Assembly: GCA_003971905.1 (NCBI GenBank)
Contig: RSEE01000014.1
Coordinates: 806,001 to 870,000, forward strand
DNA length: 64,000 nucleotides
Direction of reading: 5' to 3'
From: Moniliella sp. 'wahieum'
Lineage: Eukaryota
Below are positions 36,401 through 48,400 of this stretch, piece by piece (positions within the stretch are counted from its first letter, which is position 1; every line of letters begins with the position of its first letter). The notes beneath the pieces were generated by a model. That model had not been told where the DNA came from, searched no databases, and saw nothing but the letters and a program-made list of their open reading frames with translations. Made by a program: the position numbers and the translations under genes.

Positions 36401-37689
36401 GTTCCTTGTTAACGCATTTTGGCCTGCGGGTTCCTTTGGTCCCTTAGCCCGGGGGTTTTTGAGCCACCGCTGGTGTGGCTCGTGTGTTTTGGTCCGCTTC
36501 CCTTCAGTTGAGGCTGCTTTTGATGCTCCTCTCTGTTGTTGGCTTGGGAACCCACCGCCACAGTCTCTTCAGACCATCAAGACGTCTCATCATTAATTCA
36601 TGCCATTTGGTCTGTGAGGCTGGGCACGTCCTGGTAGTTGAACTGGTTGGCCCCAATCGGAGTGACTGACTTGCCATGAACAGGGCCTTTCGTCAGCGAG
36701 GTATTGCCTTCTGAGAGATCTGGATCTGGGTCACCGTAACCGGTCACCAATCTATTGGTTCACTTATGTTTCCAAGTTGGACCGCGCGCTGCTTTCGTGT
36801 GGTTCGAACTGCGTCATTCGTCATCGGCACCGAACATCTATCAAAGAGGATTGGGAGCATGGGTGGCCAGGGGGAAGGGGTCTCTAGGCATTTCACTACT
36901 ATTATTGGTCGAGAAACAAGGGAGAGCAACAACGTCTATATACTCAGAACATAGCCGTTCAATCAATCCGATACTCAGTATTCGTCAAAGGCAGGGTGGC
37001 CAAGAGATCTCCCGGGCGGATTTGGGTGCCGAGGGAACGCCCTCGGTTGTGAGGAGAATCGTGCCCTGGTATCGTATGTGATGAGGGAAAGGGAAGGGGA
37101 AGGAAGAGTGCGGTCCGAATCGGGAATCATCATGTGGAAGTAGTGCGAATTGGAACGAAAATGTTGACAAACGTGGCCAAGTCGAGAGTGGAAAGCACAA
37201 CCGGATTGCGGAAGAGGCTGATTGCATTTGATGGGCGAAGAGGAATAAACGACGATGAGTGTTGGGGGGGTTAAGTTGTTGTGAACAGGCCGGTGAGGCA
37301 GGTCAACGGGAGGTGCATTATGCCAAACGCTACAGCTGCCAGGATATTGACACACCATAGACTCATGGTTAGGTGCAGGGACTATACATCAAAAACAGGA
37401 AGATGGGGTACAAGAGGAGGAATAGGAATGGGTTCGGTCACAGCGGGATGAGTAGATAAGGTCGTGAGTTGGTGAACTCGCGTCCGGCGTCTCCTCAACC
37501 TCCCCGGACCCGTGGGGAGAAACACCGACGGAGGGAACAAGATATTAAAATGGTGTTGGATACTCACCAGTGTATAACAGCCTGGTTGGTCCACTTGGAA
37601 TTTTTTTTCTGGGGATAGTATACCAAGCCAGGACGGCTATACAGCATGAGTAGCCAACCCTTACTATACCATGGCGTTCGTCATACGCA

Positions 37690-38526
37690 ATGAGCATGGC
37701 CGGAACGGTCCTAGAGCTCACAACTTTCCCCCATCACGCTGGTTGTTATTATAGGGAAGTTGAGCACAGCAACCCGCTGAGCCACAACTGGCTCTCCGCC
37801 GTTCCGTCCGTCCCGTACCTCAAGCTCTCCGACCAGCAGGTCCAGGTCGGTCTCCAGCGCCGCACGCTGTGCCGCACCACGCGCAGCATGTGCAAGTGCG
37901 GGGTCATGTCCTCGCTGGAGCACATCATGTCTTGCACCCGCTCCCAGGCCAAGTTTGGTGCGTTGCATGACGCAGTGCGGGAGCCCATTCTCGAGCTCCT
38001 ACGCTCCATCCCCGACACCCATGTCCGCAACGAACCTATGGTGGAGGACGAGGATGGGAGAAGACAGAGGACGCAGCGCACCGACTACCGCGTGATGGGG
38101 CCCGGAGCACTCGGAGGATCAGGAATGGAGGTAGACCACACGCTGCGCGACACGGGATCACTGGCGGCGCAGAGCGCGTTCCGGAGGGTGGTGCATGAGA
38201 GCACCGCAACCCCCTTGGAACGCCGGGAGAAGGAGCTGCTTCGGATGCTTGAACAAGCAGAATGCGACAAGAACGCCAAGTACCAGGGACGCACTCAAGA
38301 GCCGTTTTTCCCCCTGGTTTTGACGACGCGAGGATACTACGGCACCAAGACAGCGGGCAAGTTGTTCGCGCATTGGAAGGAGTTGGCTACTAAGTCTCAG
38401 TGGAAATGGTTCCTCGCTCGGATGTCAACCACGTTCCTCCGTGTCCACACGCGCTTCCTAGGGTACGGGACCGGATGGCGTGAGCCGGAGGGTCCTGATA
38501 TCCTGGCGATCCCCCTGGTCCCTTGA
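37690..38526 (+). mobile_element. 5'-truncated CRE-clade non-LTR retrotransposon: zinc knuckle plus restriction-like endonuclease
   Basis: WLSAVP..LKL, CKCG..LEHIMSC, HDAV, EP, RTD..VD, KNAKY and FFPLVLTTRG match the C-terminal layout of CRE/Cnl1/MoTeR-type proteins; no RT upstream. Confidence 0.78.
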
Positions 38527-40820
38527 CCCTGGTGGCGCCCCCAAGTAACCCCCGCAAGATGAACGGTTAGGCTTAGACGTAGCGTTCCCCCTGTCCCAGC
38601 CTTAAGCTCTGTCAATGAAATGGACGTGATCTAGGGAAAAGGTGAAGATATGTAGTAGGGATACCGAAGTCATGCATAGGAAAAGAAAGAGGAAAAACCA
38701 TGATAGCATACACAGCGGCTGTTGCATTCCCATCTTGTGGGAGATACAAGGGCGTGGGTATATATTCGGCAGCAGCATCAAGGGGATGATGCCACCACAT
38801 TCCCGGGGTCAAGGCGACTAGAGGCAAGTAGACTGTGCGAGCATGATCCATGAAGGAGTGGATCGTCCTTTCAGCTACACCTTTGGATGCACTTTCACCC
38901 GAATGGTAGTTTCGGTTACGTTGTCTTGTTCGTTGTAAAACTCCATCAACATGGCGTACGTTTACTTGAGATAATGGCCTAAGTGGACCACCTGGGGGGA
39001 CTCGATCAGGGTGCTGATGTTGCTCTCACGGGGGTAACCAAGTGATGAAAAGGGGCAAAAAAGTGGTTCTCCTCTGGAGGGAAGAAGGAAGAAGAACATC
39101 GCGTATACCGAATGTAGTCGTCGACAATCCTTTTTAAGCCCCCACCACCCCTGTCTTTCGCTACCTTTTTTTGGCGAAGAATGTCGACGACATCTGCATG
39201 GAGCAGGGAACGTTTTGTGCGTGTATAGCGAGCGGGGGAATGAGAGGGAGCGGTGGCATGCGATAGAACACAGGAAGGGCAATGCCAGTGGGGGGATGAA
39301 CTGTCGCTGCTTTCTGAAGGGAAACATATAAGGGGAAGACAGAGGGAAGCGATTAAGTGTGGGAGCACCGGTCAAGGGAGATATGGTTCCATTGCTGTTG
39401 CTGAGATGGACTTATCGGCGTACCACTTTGTCAAAAGATGGTGGTGGGCTCTTCAAGGGAATGAGCACTAAGGAGGATAGTAGTATAGGGTAGATGGACG
39501 CTGGAAGAGGTTCCACACACGTTTGTTAGTAGCTGGCATTCGTAGCAAGGCGGCAGGAGGATATGTCACCTTCTGTTATACGGAGGGTCACTGCGGGCTG
39601 GCTCGCCTAAACAATCCATCTACACCGTTGAGCCTAAACGGAGCGTGCTAAACCGAGCATGCTTCCTTCGATCTGGGCGACCAAGATCGAGTCCCTTCCC
39701 TATGGTCGAGGAGATCCCTACGTGAGCTTTGAGTCCCTACTGATTTTATTCTATACTTCAAATTTGGTCTTTGGTATTAGCTTGAGCGCAAGTGAGCTCT
39801 AAGTTGAGCTGCCGGATCTGGACACCACCCTCCGGCAGGTGGCCAAGCCGCCCCGCCGCATCTTCCTGATCCGGGCGTCTCGTTTTCGCTGTGAGATTCT
39901 CCCCTCATGATGCCTTTTACGTTCTTTCTGAGGGCGCAGACTACCTGCCCATTACTTTGGGCCTTTTTCGTGTTTGACTGCTCCTGTTCCTACAGTTCCT
40001 AGTAGAGTACTAAGGGAACCATATTCCCTACTTGATTTGTGCTCCTTACTACTACTAAGTTTTGAGAGTCATTCATCTCGCCTTTATTCCGTCCTCTATA
40101 CCTACTTTTAGTTGTATGCTGCTTCCTTAAAGTTCCTGTTTGTATACTAACCTTTAATAGGGTAGAACATGTCTTGGAATTCGTTGAACTGACGCGCGAC
40201 AGAAGACGGTTGCAGTGGGCAGACTGATGGCTATTATAGGTATCCATCTCACCTCACGGGATCACTGACCATTTTCACAGTCTTCCGATGGCCGGGTAAT
40301 GAAAGCCGGTTTGAGACTGTACTTAGATGGTCTGCGACCCAGTCTGTGTTCGAAAGGCGAGGGGTAGGGCGTGGAACCAATGGTGTTCATCATTCACGAA
40401 ACACACCGAGGGAATGGGATGGAAATGGAGAGTACCGCGGGAGATCACCGTTGCTCACTAGATGAGCGAAAATTTGTAACTCTAAGATGAGATCTGGAGA
40501 GTCTCGATGGCCTCGAGGGTGATGCAATCGCATTAGTCGTGGTGGCAGTTGTGGTGGTGGTGGTGGTCTACTAGGCCGAGTAACAACGCCTACAGAGGAG
40601 CATCAAGCAGCCATTCGCCACCAGAGGCTAGCCTGCGGAAAAGGGAGAACAGAAGCGAGGGAACAACGGAACTCCTAGGCCTGCCGAGGAGGGACTGAAG
40701 GGACGTGAGCCAAAGCACACGAACCGCCCGCGGTTGCTCACCAAGTAATAAGCCTCAGCCTGAGGCGCAGACCTGAGGCAAGGATGGACCCACCACCTGG
40801 CCCGGCACCACCTCGCTGCC

Positions 40821-43512
40821 CTACCCGCCCCGGCGCACAGGAATCCATGCCCCCACCTTCCATTCCCAAGCTGGCACCGTTCCCTCGCCCTGGCCCACGA
40901 ACGAGTCCGAGTCCGTCTCCAGTTGGGCGAGGAATTTGTCGGCATGAGTGGCAAGGGTCTTTGCCAAGGCGACCCGGCCATGGGTCAACCACCAGACCAC
41001 ATCCTCCTCACGCTCTGTGTCTGGTTCGGCGACAGGTGTAAGGTGCTGGGCATGCATCTTCGCCTCCGTTAGGGTATCACGCACCCCCGCCAGTAGCGAG
41101 CGCACATCCTCTTGTGCCAAGGCTCGCGGGGAGCGACAACTGTTTTCGTATCGTGCCTCTGCACTCATCTCGGACGTGGCCCCAGCAAACCCCAAGGCGG
41201 CAGCTGCTTGGGGATCGCTTACCCACCCCAACCGTTGGGCTAGAAGTGCCGATCGGAGTTGGGGCCGCATGGGACGCTGTGCGCGCGACCGTTTCCCGCG
41301 GTCAGCCCGATCCGGCGCGGGAAGATAGAGATACGTCATCTGGGACATCCGTCCTCATGTCAGTTCCTCTCGCTCCGGGGGCAGGCAACGACAAAAAATA
41401 CGTACTTGGAAGCAAGCGTGAAGGAATGCAGACAGAGCTCGCATCAATCTCCATTCCTTCTCCACATCGCTATTGTTGGGGAAAATTGCGAAATCGGCGT
41501 CCACCGGACTCTGCCAGAGGCGGAGAAGTTGTGCCAGCGTCTCAGCCCGATGAACAGCGAGCGATGCGGCGAGCCAGAGCGCACAAGCCGGCCCGGAAGG
41601 CGCATCCGACTCGGTGTTTGCAAGCGTTGGGTAGAGCTCGAGTTGCAGGCCTAACAACGGCACATGTAACGCACCCAATTGATAAAATGCCAGCACCGCC
41701 AGATGAAGACGTTGTAAAATCGGTAGTAGCAACGCAAGAGCAGAAGGGGCATGGTTGGCCACCATGCCAACTAGCTCGCCGAGCGTGGCGGCGAGGCGGA
41801 GCAGATCTTTGCCTGTAGCAAGGCTGCGATGCGCTCGGCAGGGATGCTGGCCTAGCACATCAAGATTCGCAAGCACAAGCCCAGGCAAACGAGATAGCAC
41901 ATCTCGCAGCTGAGGGCCAATGGGCTGCTGCAGACGCGGAGGCGGCGGGGGGCGGGGAGGAGCCCAGGTAGACGTTCCAACCGGAGACAGAGGGGAACCC
42001 GGGCTGGTGGAGACAAGCGAAGGCCCCGCCATGGCGAGGGCAAGCTGGCTGTCTTCGTAATCGATCGCCTGCATCAGACGTTCCAGCTGCCCCATCGTCA
42101 CCCCAGCCCCAAGGACCAAGAAGGAATTTCCAAACCAGTCCACCGTTCGCGTCGCATTGATCGCATACCCTTGCGAGCTGGAACAGAGGGCAGTAAGTAG
42201 GATGCTGCGAGCGTATCCTGGAGCCTCAACGGCTTCCCCGCCTCCTACCGAGTTGGCCAAGGCCAAAGCAGCATGAGACAACCGTTCTACCCAGATGGGG
42301 TACCTTTTTCCTCCTCGTTTTGAATCGGGTGATCGGGGTCCCCAGGCAAAAGCAACCGACTTACTGCATCTTGAAGATGGTTGATAAAGACCGAAAAGAA
42401 TGCCTTTGTCCTAGAAGGACTGGGCAGCACACGCGGCCGCACAGGTACAGGCGCAATCAAGCGGCGATAGGTCCATACATCAAATGTGCATGCAGCTTGA
42501 GGCGAAGGTGCCTCACGCAAATCCGGGCTGTGTAAAGGCCATATCAATTGGTCCGCACAAGTGTCCTGATTGGCACGAGGGGTGGGCTGTCCCGACTCAC
42601 GAGAGGCAGGTACGAGGCGAGCGAGATCCGAGCCCAAGGCCGTCGCGTGTTGGTCAAAGTGCCACTTGATCTCCATAATGTTCATCGGCAAGTTGGATAA
42701 GAGGGCCTGCATGGATATCAAGCGCTCCAGCACACCCAGACGCAGGCAGATCGAGGCCACCGCCTCGCCCCCGAGATGTGAATCGGAGGAAAACGTCCAT
42801 AGACGTTGCTGAGCCCGCTGCAGACCCGCCACAGCCGACGCCGGGGGTAGAGCGGTATCAAGAATGGTCCAACCGGCCTTGTCCGAAACAAAGTCCTCCA
42901 TCTGCCAAGCCCAGACAAGGGAGAGAGGGTTAGTCAGCAGATGCTCTCGTGGTGGAGTTCCTTACCCACTTCCACCACATTGTACTTGATCAGCTCTTGG
43001 TAGACAGAGTTGACCGAAGTGAGGGTAGCCGAACAGGCGGCAGCCAGGGCAAGCAAGAGAGCTTGTTGTGCTGGGGCATCTGCTAAGGCTGGTTGCGCAA
43101 TGGCCGAGGTAAACTGACCGGAGTATTGGGGATGAAGCCAGCGACATGGATATACAGTCACACTCAGTGGGGATGCTTCATGGAAAGCGACTTGGGAGGC
43201 CAAAAGACGATCAAGGATAAAGACGACATCTCGTGGCGTGTACTCTCGCGCCACGCGCTCCACCTCGAAAGCCGGAAGAGCACCGGCATTCTCCTCGGAA
43301 GGAAGAAGACTGTCCACATCGGGGGCCATGCCGTTGTCGGTGCGAGCCTCCATGACTTCGATGGAGCCCATGGTGTCGAGCATGGTGTACCCGGGAACAT
43401 GGACTGTCTTGCCTAGCGGCAGGCCGTCGCAGGCGGTGGTGAAAAGCGAGGTGAGGTCGGTCCAGCCGGGAAGCACAACCGAAGCCGATGAGTCGCCCCT
43501 CTCCGTCCTCAT
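40821..43512 (-). CDS. MAK10: NatC auxiliary subunit Mak10/Naa35
   Basis: WTDLTSLFTTACDGLPLG..V...YTMLDTMGSIEVMEARTDNGM, ILDRLLASQVAFHE..PLSVTVY, and VVE/EDF across an intron (~42904-42968). Confidence 0.85.
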
Positions 43513-44074
43513 CCGCCACCGCGTGGGGCGGGGATGGGCGCGGGCATGCGGACGGTGCTCATGGGCGGAGAGAATGGGCTGGGGAGCAAGATGCGCCGCC
43601 GAAGCTCGAGGGGTATTTAAATCGACCGCCCACCCAGCACGCGTTACGTCAGACGCCGCCTATGATTGCCCTGTCCGTTTCAGGAAACCAGACCTGCCGA
43701 CGCAGGATGGACTGCCTGCCTAGTAGGAGCGGCCGCCACGCAGCCTGAGAGCCTGATCGCGGGGGACAGACTGTCTGTCTCCCTATTGCTCATGGCCTAA
43801 TCGTGCTCCCCATCTAAACATGCCTGCGTTAGTCGCGGGGCCTGAAATAGCTGGGCTTGTGCTGCGGTTTCTCCAGAGAGCCGTTTTGCTCTCCTGCCGT
43901 CGAAATAGGATACTCCATACACCTAGCCTCGATCGATGTGCTCTGACGTGAGTGTAGCAAGCGGCCCAACGACTACAAACGCCCGCACGAGATGAGTCTT
44001 TTCCCTGGACCGAGGAACTGCTGCACAGCCGCAGAAAGAAGGCAGGTAGGAATGCATATGAGCCCGACCACCAC

Positions 44075-44587
44075 TTATTTGGCGTTGGTTTTCCTGCAGA
44101 GACACGTGCGTGTTAGTTGCGCCATACCACCGGGAGAGGCGAGAAAGAGAAAAATATCATGGAAAGAGATAGAGCCAGGACAAATTCAACATACCGGTAG
44201 CTGAAGCGCTTCCGTGTCGGGGCAAATTCGCCGAGCTTGTGGCCAATCATTTCTTCTGTGACCACCACGGGCAGGTGGACGCGACCGTTGTGGACCATGA
44301 ACTTGAGTCTGTGCGAGGAAGAAAATGAAAGGGTGAGAGACTGGGGAAAGGGGGCTCAGCGGGCACGCAACAACGGCAACGTACCCGACAAAGTTGGGGA
44401 GGATGGTGCAGGAGGGCGTTGGTGCGGATGGAGCGGTTGTTGCGCAACGCATCGGCCAAGTTAGGGAACGCAACAAAGTAGGGGCCTGGAATCGAGGGCA
44501 GGGCATGGTTAGGCATGGAGCCAAGCAGAGGACACCGGGGGACACACCTTTCCAGGCAGACCGCAACGCCAAGGCCGAGGGCAGCAT
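44075..44587 (-). CDS. RSM19: Mitochondrial ribosomal protein uS19m
   Basis: [30 protein letters not shown] and [23 protein letters not shown]; three introns. Confidence 0.93.
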
Positions 44588-45336
44588 GCTTGCGGATGGT
44601 TGGCGCCGTCTCCTCTGCCGCGGGCATGTGCTGGCCCGGGAGACGGACGAGCAAGAGGAAGGCGTTACGTAACGATGTTCGCGGGGGGGGGGCGATGTTC
44701 CAGCGGGCGGAATTGGTTGATTCCGACGCGGGTCTGCTCTTGGAGAGGCCCAAGCGCACGCTCATGCATCGTGCGTCACCGGTGGACCCAGCCAACAGGT
44801 GGGTGCGGACATTGATATCGACCTCCACAGCCGCCAACATCAGCTGCATCAACCGACGGACGGGTGTGCTGGCCCCAGCCTGCTCCAGCGCTCGGCAGAT
44901 CTGCCTCGGGCAATGCCGATGCCCGCGACACCGCCGCATGCCAGTCCTTTCCATATAATGCGCTAGTCCAGGGATTATAACAGAGCCGGCGGTCGCCGAC
45001 GCCAAGATGCGGGCCGTGGTGGGTTACACAGACGCGCTTGCTGGGCGGGCTTGCCCGTGGTGCTGTGGGTGTGTGTGGCTGAGGCACAGGGTGTGTGGAG
45101 TGGGGGGCAACGGGGCGGTGACGCGGGTGACAGGGCGACATGACGTCGCCCAGAGCACAGCCGAGCGTGGTGGGCGGCAGAAACAATGAAATATCCGACG
45201 CGGTGGGGGCAGAATCTACATGCACACACACACTGGCGCCGTGCCGCAGGAGCAACTTTTGTGTTGGTTGCCCATCGAGCCCCCAGCCACGCCGCCTTCC
45301 ACCGATGGGGCAACGCACCACACCTCCACCGCCGCC

Positions 45337-45413
45337 ACATCCATCTCCATCTCCATCCCCATCTCCATCCCCATCTCCATCCCCATCTCCATCCCCATCT
45401 CCACCCCATCTCC
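45337..45413. repeat. (ATCTCC/ATCCCC)n microsatellite upstream of IQGAP
   Basis: Visible hexamer tandem. Confidence 0.85.
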
Positions 45414-45450
45414 ACCGGCCCTCCGCCCCCTGCTCGCCGCTGCCGCCGGC

Positions 45451-48400
45451 ATGTCCACCCCTCCCCGCGCGTCGGCCCAGCCTCCGGCCCCCTCGGGCGC
45501 CAGTCCGTTTGCGTACCAGGCCCGCATCATCGACCGCTCCACCAGCCGCTCCGAGTCGCCACTGCGCCCGACCAGCTCCATCCGCCGCTTCCATGCACTC
45601 GGCATGCCCTCCACCTCCATCTCCTAGACTCTTCCCCTCGGCGCGCCCCTTCGACGCTCTCGCAGCCGCCTCAGAACCACCCTACACCCACGCGCAAGGC
45701 AGATCTCTTTGATCCGGCTCCTGGCCCTCCGCCGGCCTCAACCTCCGTTCGCACCCATGCCCCCTCCCTTTCCACCTCGATTCTGGCACCTTCGCGCCGC
45801 TACAATGCCCTGTCTGCCTCCCCCTCAAGTGCAAGCAGCAAGAGCACGTCCCCGCTCAAGCTCAACGTCAGCAGCCCTGCCTCCGAAAGCCGTCCGTCCA
45901 CTCCCTCCTTCTGGGCCCAGTCCGGCTCTCCCACTCGCCTCTCTCCCCACAAATCCCATCACCTAGTTCCTGCTGGGGGGTGTTGGGGATCTGTCCCGTT
46001 CATCTGTCGGCGCACTCAAGACCTTGGGCTCCTACACTGCCTCGTCCACTGAGTCAAGCAAGCAGGCCGACACCAACGGCGAGCTCGCCTCCCAGGCATT
46101 ACCGATGGCGCCGCCCAGGATGTGACAGGCTTGTCAGGACGTGTGCGATTGACACGGAGTCCCGCCATCGCGAGTGGGGTCGCCAGTCCCGGCCGGGTCA
46201 TACCAAGGGTGCGATGAGCATGCCATCCCTTCCCTTTAGTTCCTCTTTCAAGTGGATGGACAAGCAGCGGCATCTCCTCAAGGCGTATGAGTATCTCTGC
46301 CATTGCGGCGAGGCACGCGACTGGATGCAAACCGTTCTTTCGTCTGGGGCTGCATCTCAAAATGCCGAACCGGAGCCTCTTCCCCCCATTGTGGAGATGG
46401 AGGAGCGGATGCGCAATGGCGTCGTCCTGGCCCGCCTGGCTCGCGAATTTGCCACCACAATGTTCCCGCGCATCTTCACTCACCCTCGTCTGCAGTTCAA
46501 GCATACCGACAACATCAACTACTTTTTCTCCGCGATCAAAGCCGTCTCCCTCCCCGAGTTCTTCCACTTTGAGTTGACCGACATTTACGAGAAAAAGAAC
46601 TTTCCCAAGGTTGTTTACTGCATCCACGCGCTCAGGTACGTCATGCTCCTCTTCTTTGCGCCGTTCATATCGGTTCATCAGCTGACCCCCCTTTGTTGGT
46701 AGTCACGTCTTGGCCGTCAAGGCAAGTACAATTTCCGCGTTGGTGATCTTTATGGCCAGCTTGAGTTTACCGAAGAGGAGCTGCAACAGACACACAAGGG
46801 CCTTGAGGGTGTGCCAATGCCCAAGTTGGCGGTCTGGATCGCGCCTTGGCCAAGGAAATGAACGACCCGCTTCCTCCTCCCGAGCCAGTTGAGACGGAGG
46901 CAGAGCGGATCGAGCGGCTGAAGCGAGACCTGGCTCTGGCCGCTCCTGATTACATTGTTCAGTCCGTCGTCCAGTGCCAAGCCATCGCTCGAGGTGCCCT
47001 GGTTCGTCCCAAGGTGCAGCAGGCGCTCAAGCGTGCACGCCAAGCTGAGCTTGCTCGCCTGGAACAAGAGCGTCGCGAACGGCAAGCAGAGCTAGCTCGT
47101 CTCGAGGCCGAACGCATCGCACGTGATAAGGAACTGGCCAGGATCGAGGCGGAGCGCCAAGCGCGCCTCGAAGCCGAGCGGCAAGCCCGGATTGAGGCGG
47201 AACGGGTAGCGAGGGAAATGGAAGCTGCACGTGAAGCCGAACGGATCGCAGGGAGGCCGAGGAAGCGCGGATTGAGGCGGAACGAATCGCACGGGAAGAG
47301 GAAGAGGCTCGCCTGGAAGCTGAACGTATCGCTCAAGAAGAGGAGCAAGCCCGTCAAGACGCCCGCACGATTCGTGCCTGGGCGCCCCCTCTTCAGAGCC
47401 AGATCCGTGGGGTTCTTGCACGTCGAGAGCACAGTGAACGTGCAACTCAACTGGTGAAAACCACACCTCACACCTCTTTCCAAGCGGCTGCCCGGGGTTC
47501 ACTCGCCCGTCGCGCAGTTCAGGATCATCTGACCGACCTTGATGCCCTTGCGGAGCCCATGGGCCCCCTTGTGGGGATCCAATCTGCCGTGCGAGGTTGC
47601 CTATCTCGCCAACGAGCCAATCTCAAGCGCGCAAATTTCCAGCATCTTCAACGGGAGTGGATTGGTTTGCAAGCGCATGCTCGCGGCGCCCTCGCCCGCT
47701 CTTCTGTCAGTGAGATCTTTGCCCAATTCGACGACCCTTCCACACTCGCGTCCGAAACTGTGATGGACGTCCAGGCTATCGCCCGCGGTGTCCTGGCCCG
47801 CCGCAAATACAACCAAAGAAGGCGGACCTACGCGCTGCAACGGCTACTTTCTCCACCCTCCAGTCGCCGCCCGTGGGGTGCTGGTCCGTCGCAACCAGGC
47901 CAAGACGCATGAGAAACTGATTTACCTCGAAGAGAACCACACGCGGCGCGCCGAGACAGTGGAGCTGCAAGCGGCTTGCCGTGGTGCACTTGTCCGCCGT
48001 GCACAAGACACCCAACGCGTTGCCTTGGCTGCGGAGCCCGTCACGTTTGGTGTGGCAGGCTTCCAAGCGGCGGCACGGGCTGCACTCGCACGCCAACGCC
48101 TCTTGGCTCGCATCCGTGGTCTGCGTGCCGCTGAAGACTCCATCGTGCAGCTGCAAGCCCACATTCGTGCCGCACAGTGTCGCGTGCGCGTGCGTGCCAT
48201 GGCCTCGGCCCTGCAGCGGGTCGCGGTGCAGGAAAGTGCGGTTTCACTTCAATCCTTTGCCCGCGCCGCTCTTACCCGCCGTCGCAAGGTCGAGCAACGC
48301 AAGCAACTCGAAACTGTCGCGCCCGACGTGCGTGGGGTGCAGGCGCAGATCCGGGGTGTCTTGCTCCGAGCCGAGTACGACTGGTGGAGGAACCACATCC

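Noticed and set aside
36700..39500. Short minus-strand ORFs flanking the CRE fragment as a decayed gene or transposase
   Set aside because: No recognisable motif in any frame, so no family call is supportable.
39680..39900. Possible structured RNA (GATCGAGTCCC box-B-like motif; CTGCCGGA/TCCGGCAG stem)
   Set aside because: No cloverleaf or snRNA/snoRNA boxes could be built by eye; it would need Infernal or tRNAscan.
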